Source: Patescibacteria group bacterium (GTDB lineage: Bacteria > Patescibacteriota > Minisyncoccia > Minisyncoccales > Staskawiczbacteraceae). From it: 64,000 nt of DNA. Positions 9,535 to 18,781 of the stretch are shown here, in pieces. The position numbers were made by a program, and so were the translations under genes. The stretch lies in assembly GCA_018895235.1 (NCBI GenBank), contig JAHIOM010000014.1, positions 5,203 to 69,202 on the forward strand, written 5' to 3'. The notes beneath the pieces are model-generated. The model was not told the origin of the DNA, made no database searches, and was given only the letters and a program-made list of their open reading frames with translations. How positions within the stretch are numbered: position 1 is the stretch's first letter; every line of letters starts with the position of its first letter.

Positions 9535-11259
9535 ATGAATATAGAAACCATTCGTCACTCTTTAGCCCATATTATGGCTTATGCCTTCCAGGAATTACAT
9601 CCTGGAATTAAATTTGGAATCGGACCCGCCATTGATAACGGGTTTTATTATGATTTTTCTATCCAAATACCGGAAGAAGAACTGCCAAAAATTGAAAAGA
9701 AAATGCGAGAATTAATTAACCAAAATATCGTTTTTAAAAAGAAGCTTGTCTCAAAACAAGAAGCAAAGAAGATATTTAAAAAACAGCCCTATAAGCTTGA
9801 ATTGATTGCAGAGTTGCAGGAAAAAAAAGCATCGGTTTACGAATCTGGAAAATTTGTTGATCTATGTAAGGGACCTCATATTAAATCCACCAAAGAAATT
9901 AAAGCAGACTCTTTTAAACTGACTAAGGTTGCCGGGGCTTATTGGAGGGGTGACGAGAAAAATCCAATGCTTACTAGGATTTACGGTGTTGCCTTCTCAA
10001 TAAAAAAAGAATTGGATGATTATTTGAAGCTTCAAGCCGAAGCAGAAAAAAGAGATCATCGAGTTCTCGGCAAAAAACTTGATTTATTCGTTTTCTCGGA
10101 TTTGGTTGGTAAGGGTTTGCCGCTTTATACAGAAAAGGGTTCTATTATCCGGAGAGAACTGGAAAACTTTGTGGTCAATGAAGAAATAAAAAGAGGGTAT
10201 AAACACGTCTATACTCCGGATTTGGCTAAGGTGGAATTATACAAGGTTTCTGGCCACTATCCTTATTATAAAGATACTATGTACCCTATTATGAAAGTCG
10301 ATGAAGACGAACTTATTTTAAGACCAATGACCTGTCCCCATCATTATCAACTTTATTTAAGCAAACAACACTCGTATAAAGAACTACCCTTGAGAATCGC
10401 AGAATTGGCGAAACAATTCCGCTATGAAAAATCGGGCGAATTAAGCGGCTTAATGAGAACGAGGATGTTCTGCTTGGCCGATGCTCATATAATTTGCCAA
10501 AAAGAAAAAGCATCTGAAGAAATAAATAATGTTTTGGATTTAATAGAATTCACTGCCTCGGCTTTGGGGCTGGAAAAGGATTTCCGCTACCGATTATCTC
10601 TCGGCGATAGAAAAGACAATAAAAAATATTATAAAGATGACAAAGCTTGGAGTTTTGCTGAAAATGTCCTTCGTTCAATTTTAAAGAAAAGAAATATTCC
10701 TTTTTTTGAAGCTAAAAAAGAAGCGGCTTTTTATGGCCCGAAAATTGATATTCAGATGAAGAATTTTATCGGCAAAGAAGATACGGCTTTCACCGTCCAG
10801 TATGATTTTGTCGGACCAAAAAGGTTTAATCTTTTTTATATTGACAAAAATGGCGTAAAAAAAGAACCGATTGTCATCCATCGTTCTTCCATCGGCGCAA
10901 TAGAAAGGACAATAGCTTTTTTGCTTGAAAAATATGCTGGCGCCCTGCCCCTCTGGTTATCTCCGGTTCAATCGTGGGTTATCCCGATTGGAAGTGACCA
11001 CAATAAATATGCCAAAAAAGTTTATGATGAATTAATAAACAATGGGGTAAGAGCAGAAATTAAAAATGACAATGAAACGGTTTCTAAAAAAATCAGAAAC
11101 GGACAAATCCAAAAAATTCCTTATCTTTTAGTTGTTGGTGATAAAGAAATCAAAGCTAAATCGGTGGCGGTAAGGAAAAGAGGGGAAAACAACATTGAAA
11201 CGATAAAATTAGACAAATTTATTGAAAATATTAAAAAAGAAATTTTAAATAAAATTTAA
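9535..11259 (+). CDS. thrS: Threonyl-tRNA synthetase
   Basis: RHSLAH, DLCKGPH, RDHRVLG, RPMTCPHH, AAFYGPKID. Confidence 0.97.
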   Translation: MNIETIRHSLAHIMAYAFQELHPGIKFGIGPAIDNGFYYDFSIQIPEEELPKIEKKMRELINQNIVFKKKLVSKQEAKKIFKKQPYKLELIAELQEKKASVYESGKFVDLCKGPHIKSTKEIKADSFKLTKVAGAYWRGDEKNPMLTRIYGVAFSIKKELDDYLKLQAEAEKRDHRVLGKKLDLFVFSDLVGKGLPLYTEKGSIIRRELENFVVNEEIKRGYKHVYTPDLAKVELYKVSGHYPYYKDTMYPIMKVDEDELILRPMTCPHHYQLYLSKQHSYKELPLRIAELAKQFRYEKSGELSGLMRTRMFCLADAHIICQKEKASEEINNVLDLIEFTASALGLEKDFRYRLSLGDRKDNKKYYKDDKAWSFAENVLRSILKKRNIPFFEAKKEAAFYGPKIDIQMKNFIGKEDTAFTVQYDFVGPKRFNLFYIDKNGVKKEPIVIHRSSIGAIERTIAFLLEKYAGALPLWLSPVQSWVIPIGSDHNKYAKKVYDELINNGVRAEIKNDNETVSKKIRNGQIQKIPYLLVVGDKEIKAKSVAVRKRGENNIETIKLDKFIENIKKEILNKI

Positions 11260-11271
11260 TTATTTTTTTCT

Positions 11272-12909
11272 ATGTCTCAATTATCCGAGGCAACTAAAAA
11301 TCTTTTATCACAATATCGGGCCGGTATGGAAGCCAATCAGCCGGCAGAAGGGGTATCCACTATCCATGTTGACGAAGTAGCTGCAAAAGTGGCTGCTTTT
11401 TATGAAAAAATAAGAGGCATTGTTGACTGGCGAGAAGAACATCTTTTGAAAAGAGGAGCCATTCAGAGAATGCTAAAGAGACGGTTTTTTGTAGGAATTG
11501 ACCTTCTTAAAGAAGAATCTACCAGGGAAACCATTGCCGAACCCTTGGTTTTTGAATTGATTCGGGGGGGGCACTACCCTAATGATAAAATTCCTGAAAC
11601 AAAAATAACCGAAGTCCAAAAGATAATTGACAAGCATATTTTTATCCTGAAAAACACGCCTCAAGCCGAAAGCGGACAAGAGGCCTTACGATTTTACAAC
11701 TGGCTTTTATCAATCGCGTCCTGTGAAATTGAAGAAGCGCTAAGTTCCTCTTATAAAGAGAGGGCCCTGATTGCCTATATGCATGAATCGATGAAAGAAC
11801 GCATTGTTCTAAACGAAGGCGCTATCAGCATTAGACCTTTAAAAGAAGATGAAAAGAATATTCAAATTTATATTGCCGTCCAAAGAGCTCTTTTTAAACT
11901 TGATGCGCCGGTAATAAGTTATCATCTTTTGAAATATCGCTGTCCTGGCTGGAAAAGCACTAATCAGGGAGAACGGCTGGAAATCGCAAAAAACATGCAT
12001 TCCATTAAAAGAAAAATAGAAAGAGATTTGTCGCATCCTTTAGGTGATAAGTTTTATCAAGTTTGCGAAAAGTACGACACCCCCTATTTGCTTTTAAGCG
12101 ACGTACTGTCTGAAGAAAGATTTGAAGAAATTTCCAAAAAAATATCAGAACCGGAGATTATGGAGGGTTTAATCAGGAATGCCTATACCAAAAGATTAAA
12201 TACTCTTCGGGGCCGTCTTTATCGCGCTGCTTTTTATTCAACTCTTTCCGTTTTATTGACTAATACTTTTTCTGTCTTGGTTTTGGAAATACCGTTGGCA
12301 AATTTAATTTATGGATTTTTTAGCAGATCCCCTTTTCTTACGATATCGGTAGATATTTTAGGACCAACGCTTTTGATGTTTTTAATGGTAGCAACAATCA
12401 AACCGCCCTCAAAGAACAACTTAAACATCGTATTAATGGAGGCGATGAAAATTATTTATCAAAAAGAAAAAACTGATGTTTATGAGATAAGAAGTTCTCG
12501 CCAAAAAAGTGTTGCCATGAAATCAATTGTTGGTTTTATTTATCTTTTTGCAGCTTTAATCTCTTTTGGAACTATTTGCTGGATTTTTTCCCTGGCTAAA
12601 TTTCCCATAACCTCGGCATTTGTCAATATTATGTTTGTCGCTCTAATTGTTTTTACGGGATTAGCCATCAAAAGGCGGGGCGAAGAGCTTACTGTCGAGG
12701 AAACGCCGCCGGGCCTGGCAGACTTTTTGTTTGATATTCTTTCCTTACCGATCGCCGGCACTGGCCAATGGCTATCCAACAAATGGAAAAAGTACAATAT
12801 AATATCTGCATTCTTTAATGCCTTGATAGATTTGCCTTTTATGGTTTTTGTTGAATTTATAGAGCAGTGGAGATATTTCTTGAAAGAGAAAAAAGAAAAG
12901 ATACACTAA
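11272..12909 (+). CDS. Hypothetical membrane protein
   Basis: 545-aa ORF with several C-terminal hydrophobic helices. Confidence 0.8.
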   Translation: MSQLSEATKNLLSQYRAGMEANQPAEGVSTIHVDEVAAKVAAFYEKIRGIVDWREEHLLKRGAIQRMLKRRFFVGIDLLKEESTRETIAEPLVFELIRGGHYPNDKIPETKITEVQKIIDKHIFILKNTPQAESGQEALRFYNWLLSIASCEIEEALSSSYKERALIAYMHESMKERIVLNEGAISIRPLKEDEKNIQIYIAVQRALFKLDAPVISYHLLKYRCPGWKSTNQGERLEIAKNMHSIKRKIERDLSHPLGDKFYQVCEKYDTPYLLLSDVLSEERFEEISKKISEPEIMEGLIRNAYTKRLNTLRGRLYRAAFYSTLSVLLTNTFSVLVLEIPLANLIYGFFSRSPFLTISVDILGPTLLMFLMVATIKPPSKNNLNIVLMEAMKIIYQKEKTDVYEIRSSRQKSVAMKSIVGFIYLFAALISFGTICWIFSLAKFPITSAFVNIMFVALIVFTGLAIKRRGEELTVEETPPGLADFLFDILSLPIAGTGQWLSNKWKKYNIISAFFNALIDLPFMVFVEFIEQWRYFLKEKKEKIH

Positions 12910-12963
12910 GCTCTTGTAAAAAGGGTCGACTAATAACCAATAAAATCTAAATTAAAAAAAAAT

Positions 12964-14325
12964 ATGCAAAAAATAACAAAACTATTTTTCATTTTAGCAA
13001 TGTCTTGTTTGATATTTGGGGTAGGCGCTGATATACGGGCGCAGGAAAACGAAGAAGCAACCCAAGAATTAGCTCTTGATGAAGAAGTTTCTTCGCAAGA
13101 TTTGGGGATTAATGAACCTAAACTTCTGCCGGACAGCCCATTTTATTTTCTAAAGAATTGGGTGAGAAAAATCCAAAGCACCCTCACCTTCAATAAGGTA
13201 AAAAAAGCTGAATTAGAGAATAAATATGCAAACGAGAAATTAATTGAGCTTAAGAAATTAGTAGAAAAAAACGCGGATCCGGAAAAAATCAAGAAAGCAA
13301 CGGAAAATTACCAGAACCAAATTGAAAAAATAAAAGAAAAAGTTGAGCAAATCAAAGAAAAAGCGGCTGATAATCAAGCGGTGGATAAGTTTTTAGACAA
13401 ATTTGTCAACCAACAAATACTACAAGAAAAGATTCTTCAAAAGTTGGAGGAACAGGTTCCAACCGAAGCTCTTGAAAAAATAAAAGAGGCAAGGGAACAA
13501 CATTTGGTGAAGTTTGGCGAAGTAATGACGAAATTAGAAGATCGAGCTGAAAAAATAAAAGAGAAAATAGAGAATGCACTAGAAGAAGGAGGCAGCCAAT
13601 TTAAAAACTTTAAGAATTTAGAAATTCTTAAAAATATAGAAGAAAAAATTCCCGAACAGGCGAAAGAGGCAATCCAACAAGCTCAAGAAAATGCGTTAAA
13701 TAGATTAAAAGAAAATTTGGAAAATATGTCTCTCAAAGACCAGGAAAAGTTTAAGGACTACATAGATAATGTTTCCGGCGACAAAGAAAAACAACTTCAG
13801 ATATTAGAAAGCTTAAAAACTGAAATTTCTGAAATGCCAGCTATCCAGATGAAGCTAAACCAAGTACGGGAAAGGGTTATGGAAAAAGTCATGGAAAAAG
13901 CACAGGAGGGAGCTGTTATTAAAAATTGTCCTTTAACTGAAAAACCCTCTTCTAATTTCTGCCCCAATGGTAGAATTGTCCCCCAGAAAGATGAAAAAGG
14001 CTGTATTATCGAATTTAAATGTGTGATACCAGCAGAAACGCAAGTTACTCCCCCATCTACAGAATTCAACTGTATTGCTTTATGGGATCCGGTTTGCGGC
14101 AAAGACGGGAAAACTTATTCTAATAAATGTTTTGTAAAATTGGCTAATGTTGAAGTTGCTTACCAAGGAGAATGTAAAACCAAAGAATGCGAAAAAGACA
14201 ACGACTGCCCGCAGGTAAAATGCGGCGCTAATACAACAAGCAATGCAAAGTGCTTAGAAACAACAAGTAAATGCGTTGATGGAAAATGCGTGATAACTTC
14301 CGCAACTGAAAAAACTGAGCAATAG
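12964..14325 (+). CDS. Secreted coiled-coil protein (DUF5667-like N-terminus) with Kazal-type domain
   Basis: Signal peptide, LLPDSPFYFLK, long coiled coil, CIALWDPVCGKDGKTYSNKC Kazal motif. Confidence 0.8.
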   Translation: MQKITKLFFILAMSCLIFGVGADIRAQENEEATQELALDEEVSSQDLGINEPKLLPDSPFYFLKNWVRKIQSTLTFNKVKKAELENKYANEKLIELKKLVEKNADPEKIKKATENYQNQIEKIKEKVEQIKEKAADNQAVDKFLDKFVNQQILQEKILQKLEEQVPTEALEKIKEAREQHLVKFGEVMTKLEDRAEKIKEKIENALEEGGSQFKNFKNLEILKNIEEKIPEQAKEAIQQAQENALNRLKENLENMSLKDQEKFKDYIDNVSGDKEKQLQILESLKTEISEMPAIQMKLNQVRERVMEKVMEKAQEGAVIKNCPLTEKPSSNFCPNGRIVPQKDEKGCIIEFKCVIPAETQVTPPSTEFNCIALWDPVCGKDGKTYSNKCFVKLANVEVAYQGECKTKECEKDNDCPQVKCGANTTSNAKCLETTSKCVDGKCVITSATEKTEQ

Positions 14326-14340
14326 AAGGATTATTAACAT

Positions 14341-14368
14341 AAAACAGCCCCTTGAAGGGGCTGTTTTT
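14341..14368 (+). terminator. Intrinsic terminator (bidirectional-type)
   Basis: aaaacagcccc-ttgaa-ggggctgttttt. Confidence 0.8.
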
Positions 14369-14387
14369 GTAGGGTAAAATAACCCAT

Positions 14388-15446
14388 ATGAAATATCATC
14401 TAATCACTTTTGGCTGCCAGATGAATAAATCAGACAGTGAAAGAATCGCCGCTGCTTTGGAAAACAATGGTTATAAAGAGGCCTCAAAACTCAATGAGGC
14501 CGATTTAATTGTAATAAATATGTGTTCTGTCAGACAATCAGCGGTTGACCGGGTCCACGGACTGGCAGTAAAAATTAAAGAGCTAAAGAGTAAAAATAAA
14601 AAACTAAAAACCATCCTTACCGGCTGCATCCTTAAAAACGACAAAAAGTTTTTTTCCGGGGTTTTTGATTATATTTTAAGCGCAAAAGATTTGTCCAGTT
14701 GGCCCATATTAAAGAAAAAATCCGATTATTTTAAAATAGTCCCAAAATATGCCTCAAAATCAAGCGTTTTTGTGCCAATTACAAATGGCTGTGTCAATTT
14801 TTGCTCTTACTGTGTTGTTCCCTACGCCCGCGGCCCCTTAATTTGCAAAGACCATAAAGAGGTTTTAAAAAAAATTAAATGTCTAATTAAAAGGGGTTTT
14901 AAAGAAATTTGGTTATTAGGCCAAAATGTTAATGATTACCAATCCCCTAGCGACTTTTCTGTTAACTTCGCCAAACTTTTTAAAATGATTGAAAATATCA
15001 AAGGAAGTTTCAAAATTTTCTTTCTTTCTCCCAATCCTAAAAATTTCTCTCAAGAATTGATTGACGTTTTGTCTAAATCCAAAAAATTCGGCAGACGCCT
15101 TAACCTGCCCGTCCAATCCGGCGATAATGAAATACTTAAAAAAATGAACCGGCCTTATAGCGTAGAGCAGTATAAAAATCTGGTTAAAAAAATCAGAAAG
15201 AAAATCCCGGATATTGATTTATCAACCGATATTATTGTTGGTTTCCCGGGAGAAACAAAAAAGCAGTTTGACAATACGGTCAAATTATTCAAAGAGGTTG
15301 GTTTTAATATCGCCTATATCGCTAAATATTCTCCTCGTCCAGGAACAGCTGCTTTTAAGATGAAAGACAATGTTTCTTTAAAAGAAAAAAAGAGAAGAGA
15401 AAGAATTTTAATGGAGATTGTTAAAAAATCATGCCAAAAAAAATAG
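14388..15446 (+). CDS. miaB: MiaB-like tRNA methylthiotransferase (no TRAM domain)
   Basis: TFGCQMNKSDSE, CVNFCSYC radical SAM motif, DIIVGFPGET, YSPRPGT; adjacent to miaA. Confidence 0.88.
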   Translation: MKYHLITFGCQMNKSDSERIAAALENNGYKEASKLNEADLIVINMCSVRQSAVDRVHGLAVKIKELKSKNKKLKTILTGCILKNDKKFFSGVFDYILSAKDLSSWPILKKKSDYFKIVPKYASKSSVFVPITNGCVNFCSYCVVPYARGPLICKDHKEVLKKIKCLIKRGFKEIWLLGQNVNDYQSPSDFSVNFAKLFKMIENIKGSFKIFFLSPNPKNFSQELIDVLSKSKKFGRRLNLPVQSGDNEILKKMNRPYSVEQYKNLVKKIRKKIPDIDLSTDIIVGFPGETKKQFDNTVKLFKEVGFNIAYIAKYSPRPGTAAFKMKDNVSLKEKKRRERILMEIVKKSCQKK

Positions 15447-16363
15447 TTGTTATTCTAGGTCCAACTTCCTCCGGCAAAACCGATTTATCTATAAAACTCG
15501 CCCTTCGACTAAACTCAGGGCAAGCTAAAAAAAAGTTCGGCATAAATGGAGCTGAAATTGTTTCTGCTGATTCAAGGCAGGTTTATAAAGGTATGGATAT
15601 CGGCACTGGCAAGATTACCAAAAAAGAAATGCAAGGAATCCCCCACTATCTTTTGGGTGTTGTTTCGCCAAAAAAAAGATTTGATGTCGCCCAATTTAAA
15701 GAATTGGCAAACAAAGCAATTGATAAAATTTTTAAAAAAAACAAGATACCATTTATTGTCGGCGGCACTGGTTTTTATATCCAGGCAATAGTTGACGGCA
15801 TCTCGATACCAGAAGTTAAACCCGACTGGAAATTAAGGAAAAAATTGGAAAAAAAGACGCTTTCTGAACTATATAAAATGCTCCAAAAACTAGACCCTAG
15901 AAGGGCTATGGATATAGATAAAAACAACCCTAGACGCCTTATAAGGGCCTTAGAAATCGTTTTGAAGTCAAAAAGCCCTATTCCCCCGCTCCGGCCTAAA
16001 AACCCTAATTTTAAGGCATTGTTTTTAGGGGTAAAAAGAGACAAAAAAGAACTGAAAAAATTAATTGAAAAACGGCTTTTAAAAAGGCTGGAAGCCGGGA
16101 TGATAGATGAGGTAAAAAAACTCCATAGGTCTGGTGTTTCCTGGAAACGTTTAGAGGAGTTTGGTTTGGAGTATCGTTTTGTCGCACAATATCTGCAGAA
16201 CAAATTAAAATACGACGAAATGGTCAGCCGACTTCAAAAAGAAATTGAACATTATGCTAAAAGGCAAATGACGTGGTTTAAAAGAGATAAACGGATTAAG
16301 TGGGTTAAAAATTCTCAAGAAGTTGAAAAATTGGTTAGAGGATTTTTATTGACAAATAAGTAA
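15431..16363 (+). CDS. miaA: tRNA dimethylallyltransferase
   Basis: GPTSSGKT, SADSRQVYKGMDIGTGK, VGGTGFY, YAKRQMTWF. Confidence 0.97.
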   Translation: MPKKIVVILGPTSSGKTDLSIKLALRLNSGQAKKKFGINGAEIVSADSRQVYKGMDIGTGKITKKEMQGIPHYLLGVVSPKKRFDVAQFKELANKAIDKIFKKNKIPFIVGGTGFYIQAIVDGISIPEVKPDWKLRKKLEKKTLSELYKMLQKLDPRRAMDIDKNNPRRLIRALEIVLKSKSPIPPLRPKNPNFKALFLGVKRDKKELKKLIEKRLLKRLEAGMIDEVKKLHRSGVSWKRLEEFGLEYRFVAQYLQNKLKYDEMVSRLQKEIEHYAKRQMTWFKRDKRIKWVKNSQEVEKLVRGFLLTNK

Positions 16364-16438
16364 AATATGCTACGATTTGAATATTAGGGTGTGTGCCCTA
16401 TTCTGCTATTTAACAACACCAATTTGAAAGGACTCGTT

Positions 16439-16705
16439 ATGAAAATGCCCAAACGGAAATTCACATCAGTATTGTTATCGGCGCTGGTAATTTTGCTTGC
16501 GATACTAGGCATCGTTATGGTTGTTTGGTCTTTTATGACCGCCATCGGTAAAAACGACAGCCTCGCCGTGATCCAGTTATTCGGCGGATTCGCCATGTTC
16601 GGATTGGCCTTGATGGTCCAAATTATCCGAGGCAAGGTGGTTTTTTATAAATCATATAAAGAGACCAGACTCAAACAACGGCATTATTTCAAAAACGAAC
16701 ATTAA
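16439..16705 (+). CDS. Small two-TM hypothetical protein
   Basis: ATG ORF with two hydrophobic helices, downstream of a TTGACA-like promoter element (~16349). Confidence 0.6.
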   Translation: MKMPKRKFTSVLLSALVILLAILGIVMVVWSFMTAIGKNDSLAVIQLFGGFAMFGLALMVQIIRGKVVFYKSYKETRLKQRHYFKNEH

Positions 16706-16722
16706 CAAGAAAGGAAAAACTC

Positions 16723-17094
16723 ATGTCAGAGACAAAAGGAAAAAACCCAACTCTTGCTGAAAGATTGACACAAAGATTGACACAATTATCGGAGAAAAAA
16801 ACACCTTCTATATTTAATCTTCCGACAGAAATTTCAATAGAATTTTGCACAATTTGTAAAACTCCGAGGCTTGACTCAGACCCAACGGGCGTCACCTGCG
16901 GCAAATCAGAGTGTCTTTCCCGTTTGGGAGCAGTTTACAATAGAGATTTTAATTCGGTAAAGCAAGAGCTTTTTTCAATAGCCAATGATCTCGGCTTAAG
17001 CCCAGAAGAATTGACCGGAGATGGGTTGATAACGCTTTGTAAAAATATCACAAAAGAAATCAAGCTTATTAAATCTACTGTGGAAGGACAATAA
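16723..17094 (+). CDS. Hypothetical protein with CxxC...CxxxxC motif
   Basis: AAGGA RBS, 123-aa ORF followed by a terminator. Confidence 0.65.
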   Translation: MSETKGKNPTLAERLTQRLTQLSEKKTPSIFNLPTEISIEFCTICKTPRLDSDPTGVTCGKSECLSRLGAVYNRDFNSVKQELFSIANDLGLSPEELTGDGLITLCKNITKEIKLIKSTVEGQ

Positions 17095-17100
17095 ACAAAT

Positions 17101-17138
17101 AAAAAACCCTGAAGCATAATGCTTTCGGGGTTTTCTTT
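17101..17138. terminator. Bidirectional terminator
   Basis: aaaaaaccctgaagc-ataat-gctttcggggttttcttt between convergent genes. Confidence 0.8.
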
Positions 17139-17159
17139 TAATTTGTTTAACGTCGGATG

Positions 17160-18623
17160 TTAAGCAAGAAGTTTTTTTAGTAGATTTTGGACAATCTCTG
17201 GTTTTGCCCTACCTTGGGTTTGCGCCATTACTTTGCCCGCCAAGAATTGCAAAACGTTTTGCTTGCCTTTTTTGAAATCTTCTACTGCATCTTTATTTTC
17301 TTCAATAACTTTTCTTACTGCTTTTTCTATTTCATTTTTATCGCTCACCTGCCCTAATCCTTTATCGTCAATAATCTGCGACGGGTCTTTACCGGTTTGG
17401 AGCATTTCTACCAAAACCTCTTTTGCCGTTTTTGAGGTTATTTTCTCGTCATTAATCAAAATGATAAATTCAGCAAAATTCTCCGGAGTTATGGCACACT
17501 CTTTCTCGTTAAAATCTCTGTCAAGTAATCCCTGCAAATCAGTAATAATATAGTTTGTGGCTAATTTCATTGATGAAGCAAATTTTTCGCTTTTTGCTTC
17601 CAGCCCAATTTCGCTAATCACTTTTTCAAAATACTCGCCCAAATCTTTGTTATCAGTAAATATCTCAATTGATTTGGCATCTAATCCGTATTCTTCAAAT
17701 AATCTTTTTCTTTTTTCTGCCGGCAGCTCTGGTATTTCCGCCCGGATTTTATCAATATATTCTTTCTCTAAAATTATTGGCGGCAAATCCGGCTCAGGAA
17801 AATATCTATAGTCATGCGCTTCTTCTTTTTCTCTTTGGGAAAAGGTTTCTCCTTTGCCATCTGACCAACCGCGGGTTTCTTGAATTACTTTTTGTTTATT
17901 CTTTAAAACTTCTGTCTGCCTCTTTATCTCATAGTTAACTGCTTTTTCTGCTGTTTTAAAAGAATTAAGGTTTTTAATTTCAACCTTCGTCCCAAGTTTT
18001 TTTCCATCGCCAATACTTATATTTACTTCCACTCTCATTTGACCCTTTTCCATATCAGCATCAGAAACACCTAAATAGCGCAGGATTAATTGAAACTCTT
18101 CGGCAAATCTTCTTACCTCAAGGCCAGAGTTCAAATCCGGCTCAGTAACCAATTCCATTAAAGGTATTCCGGCACGGTTAAAATCAACTAACGAATAATC
18201 CGCACCCTCGGGATGCAAAAGCCGGCCGGTATCTTCTTCTAAGTGCACTCTTCTTATTTTTACTTTCTTTATTTCTAATTTTGAAAAATCTTCAGAAACC
18301 GGAATTTCTAAATATCCTTCTCCGCAAAGAGGTTTATCGTATTGGGAAATTTGATAACCCTTGGGTAAATCAGGGTAGAAATAGTTTTTCCGGTCAAATT
18401 TTGACTCTTTGGGGATATTGCAATTTAAGGCCAGCCCAGTTTTTATTACTTTTTTTACTGCTTCTTCGTTGGCCACAGGAAGTGTTCCCGGGTGCCCCAT
18501 ACATGTTGGACAGATATTAAAATTCGGCCGTTTCTCTTCGGCGTCATTTTTGCAGGAACAAAACATTTTAGAGTTGGTTTTCAACTCAACATGAATTTCC
18601 AAACCAATTGTTGGTTTAAGCAT
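17160..18623 (-). CDS. gatB: Asp/Glu-tRNA amidotransferase subunit B
   Basis: IGLEIHVEL, FDRKNYFYPDLPKGYQISQ, DYRYFPEPDLP; start placed at MLKPTIG. Confidence 0.97.
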   Translation of the reverse strand: MLKPTIGLEIHVELKTNSKMFCSCKNDAEEKRPNFNICPTCMGHPGTLPVANEEAVKKVIKTGLALNCNIPKESKFDRKNYFYPDLPKGYQISQYDKPLCGEGYLEIPVSEDFSKLEIKKVKIRRVHLEEDTGRLLHPEGADYSLVDFNRAGIPLMELVTEPDLNSGLEVRRFAEEFQLILRYLGVSDADMEKGQMRVEVNISIGDGKKLGTKVEIKNLNSFKTAEKAVNYEIKRQTEVLKNKQKVIQETRGWSDGKGETFSQREKEEAHDYRYFPEPDLPPIILEKEYIDKIRAEIPELPAEKRKRLFEEYGLDAKSIEIFTDNKDLGEYFEKVISEIGLEAKSEKFASSMKLATNYIITDLQGLLDRDFNEKECAITPENFAEFIILINDEKITSKTAKEVLVEMLQTGKDPSQIIDDKGLGQVSDKNEIEKAVRKVIEENKDAVEDFKKGKQNVLQFLAGKVMAQTQGRAKPEIVQNLLKKLLA

Positions 18624-18781
18624 GTAATAAAGCGAGGCGTTAGCCTCCAAAAGTAAATTTCGCAGGCGCGCTGGCATGGTTTCCGCAGAACAGCGCGCCG
18701 AGAACTTAGGGCGCGAAATCCCGCTGGGGATTTCGACGCGCGGTACTTTTTGTGGGTTAATGCCGAGCGTAATGTTAAGCG

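Noticed and set aside
18624..18677. Upstream extension of gatB in the ORF track (likewise extensions of rplK, the radical SAM gene and the dCMP deaminase)
   Set aside because: Family similarity starts at downstream ATGs; the extensions overlap structured DNA or neighbouring genes.
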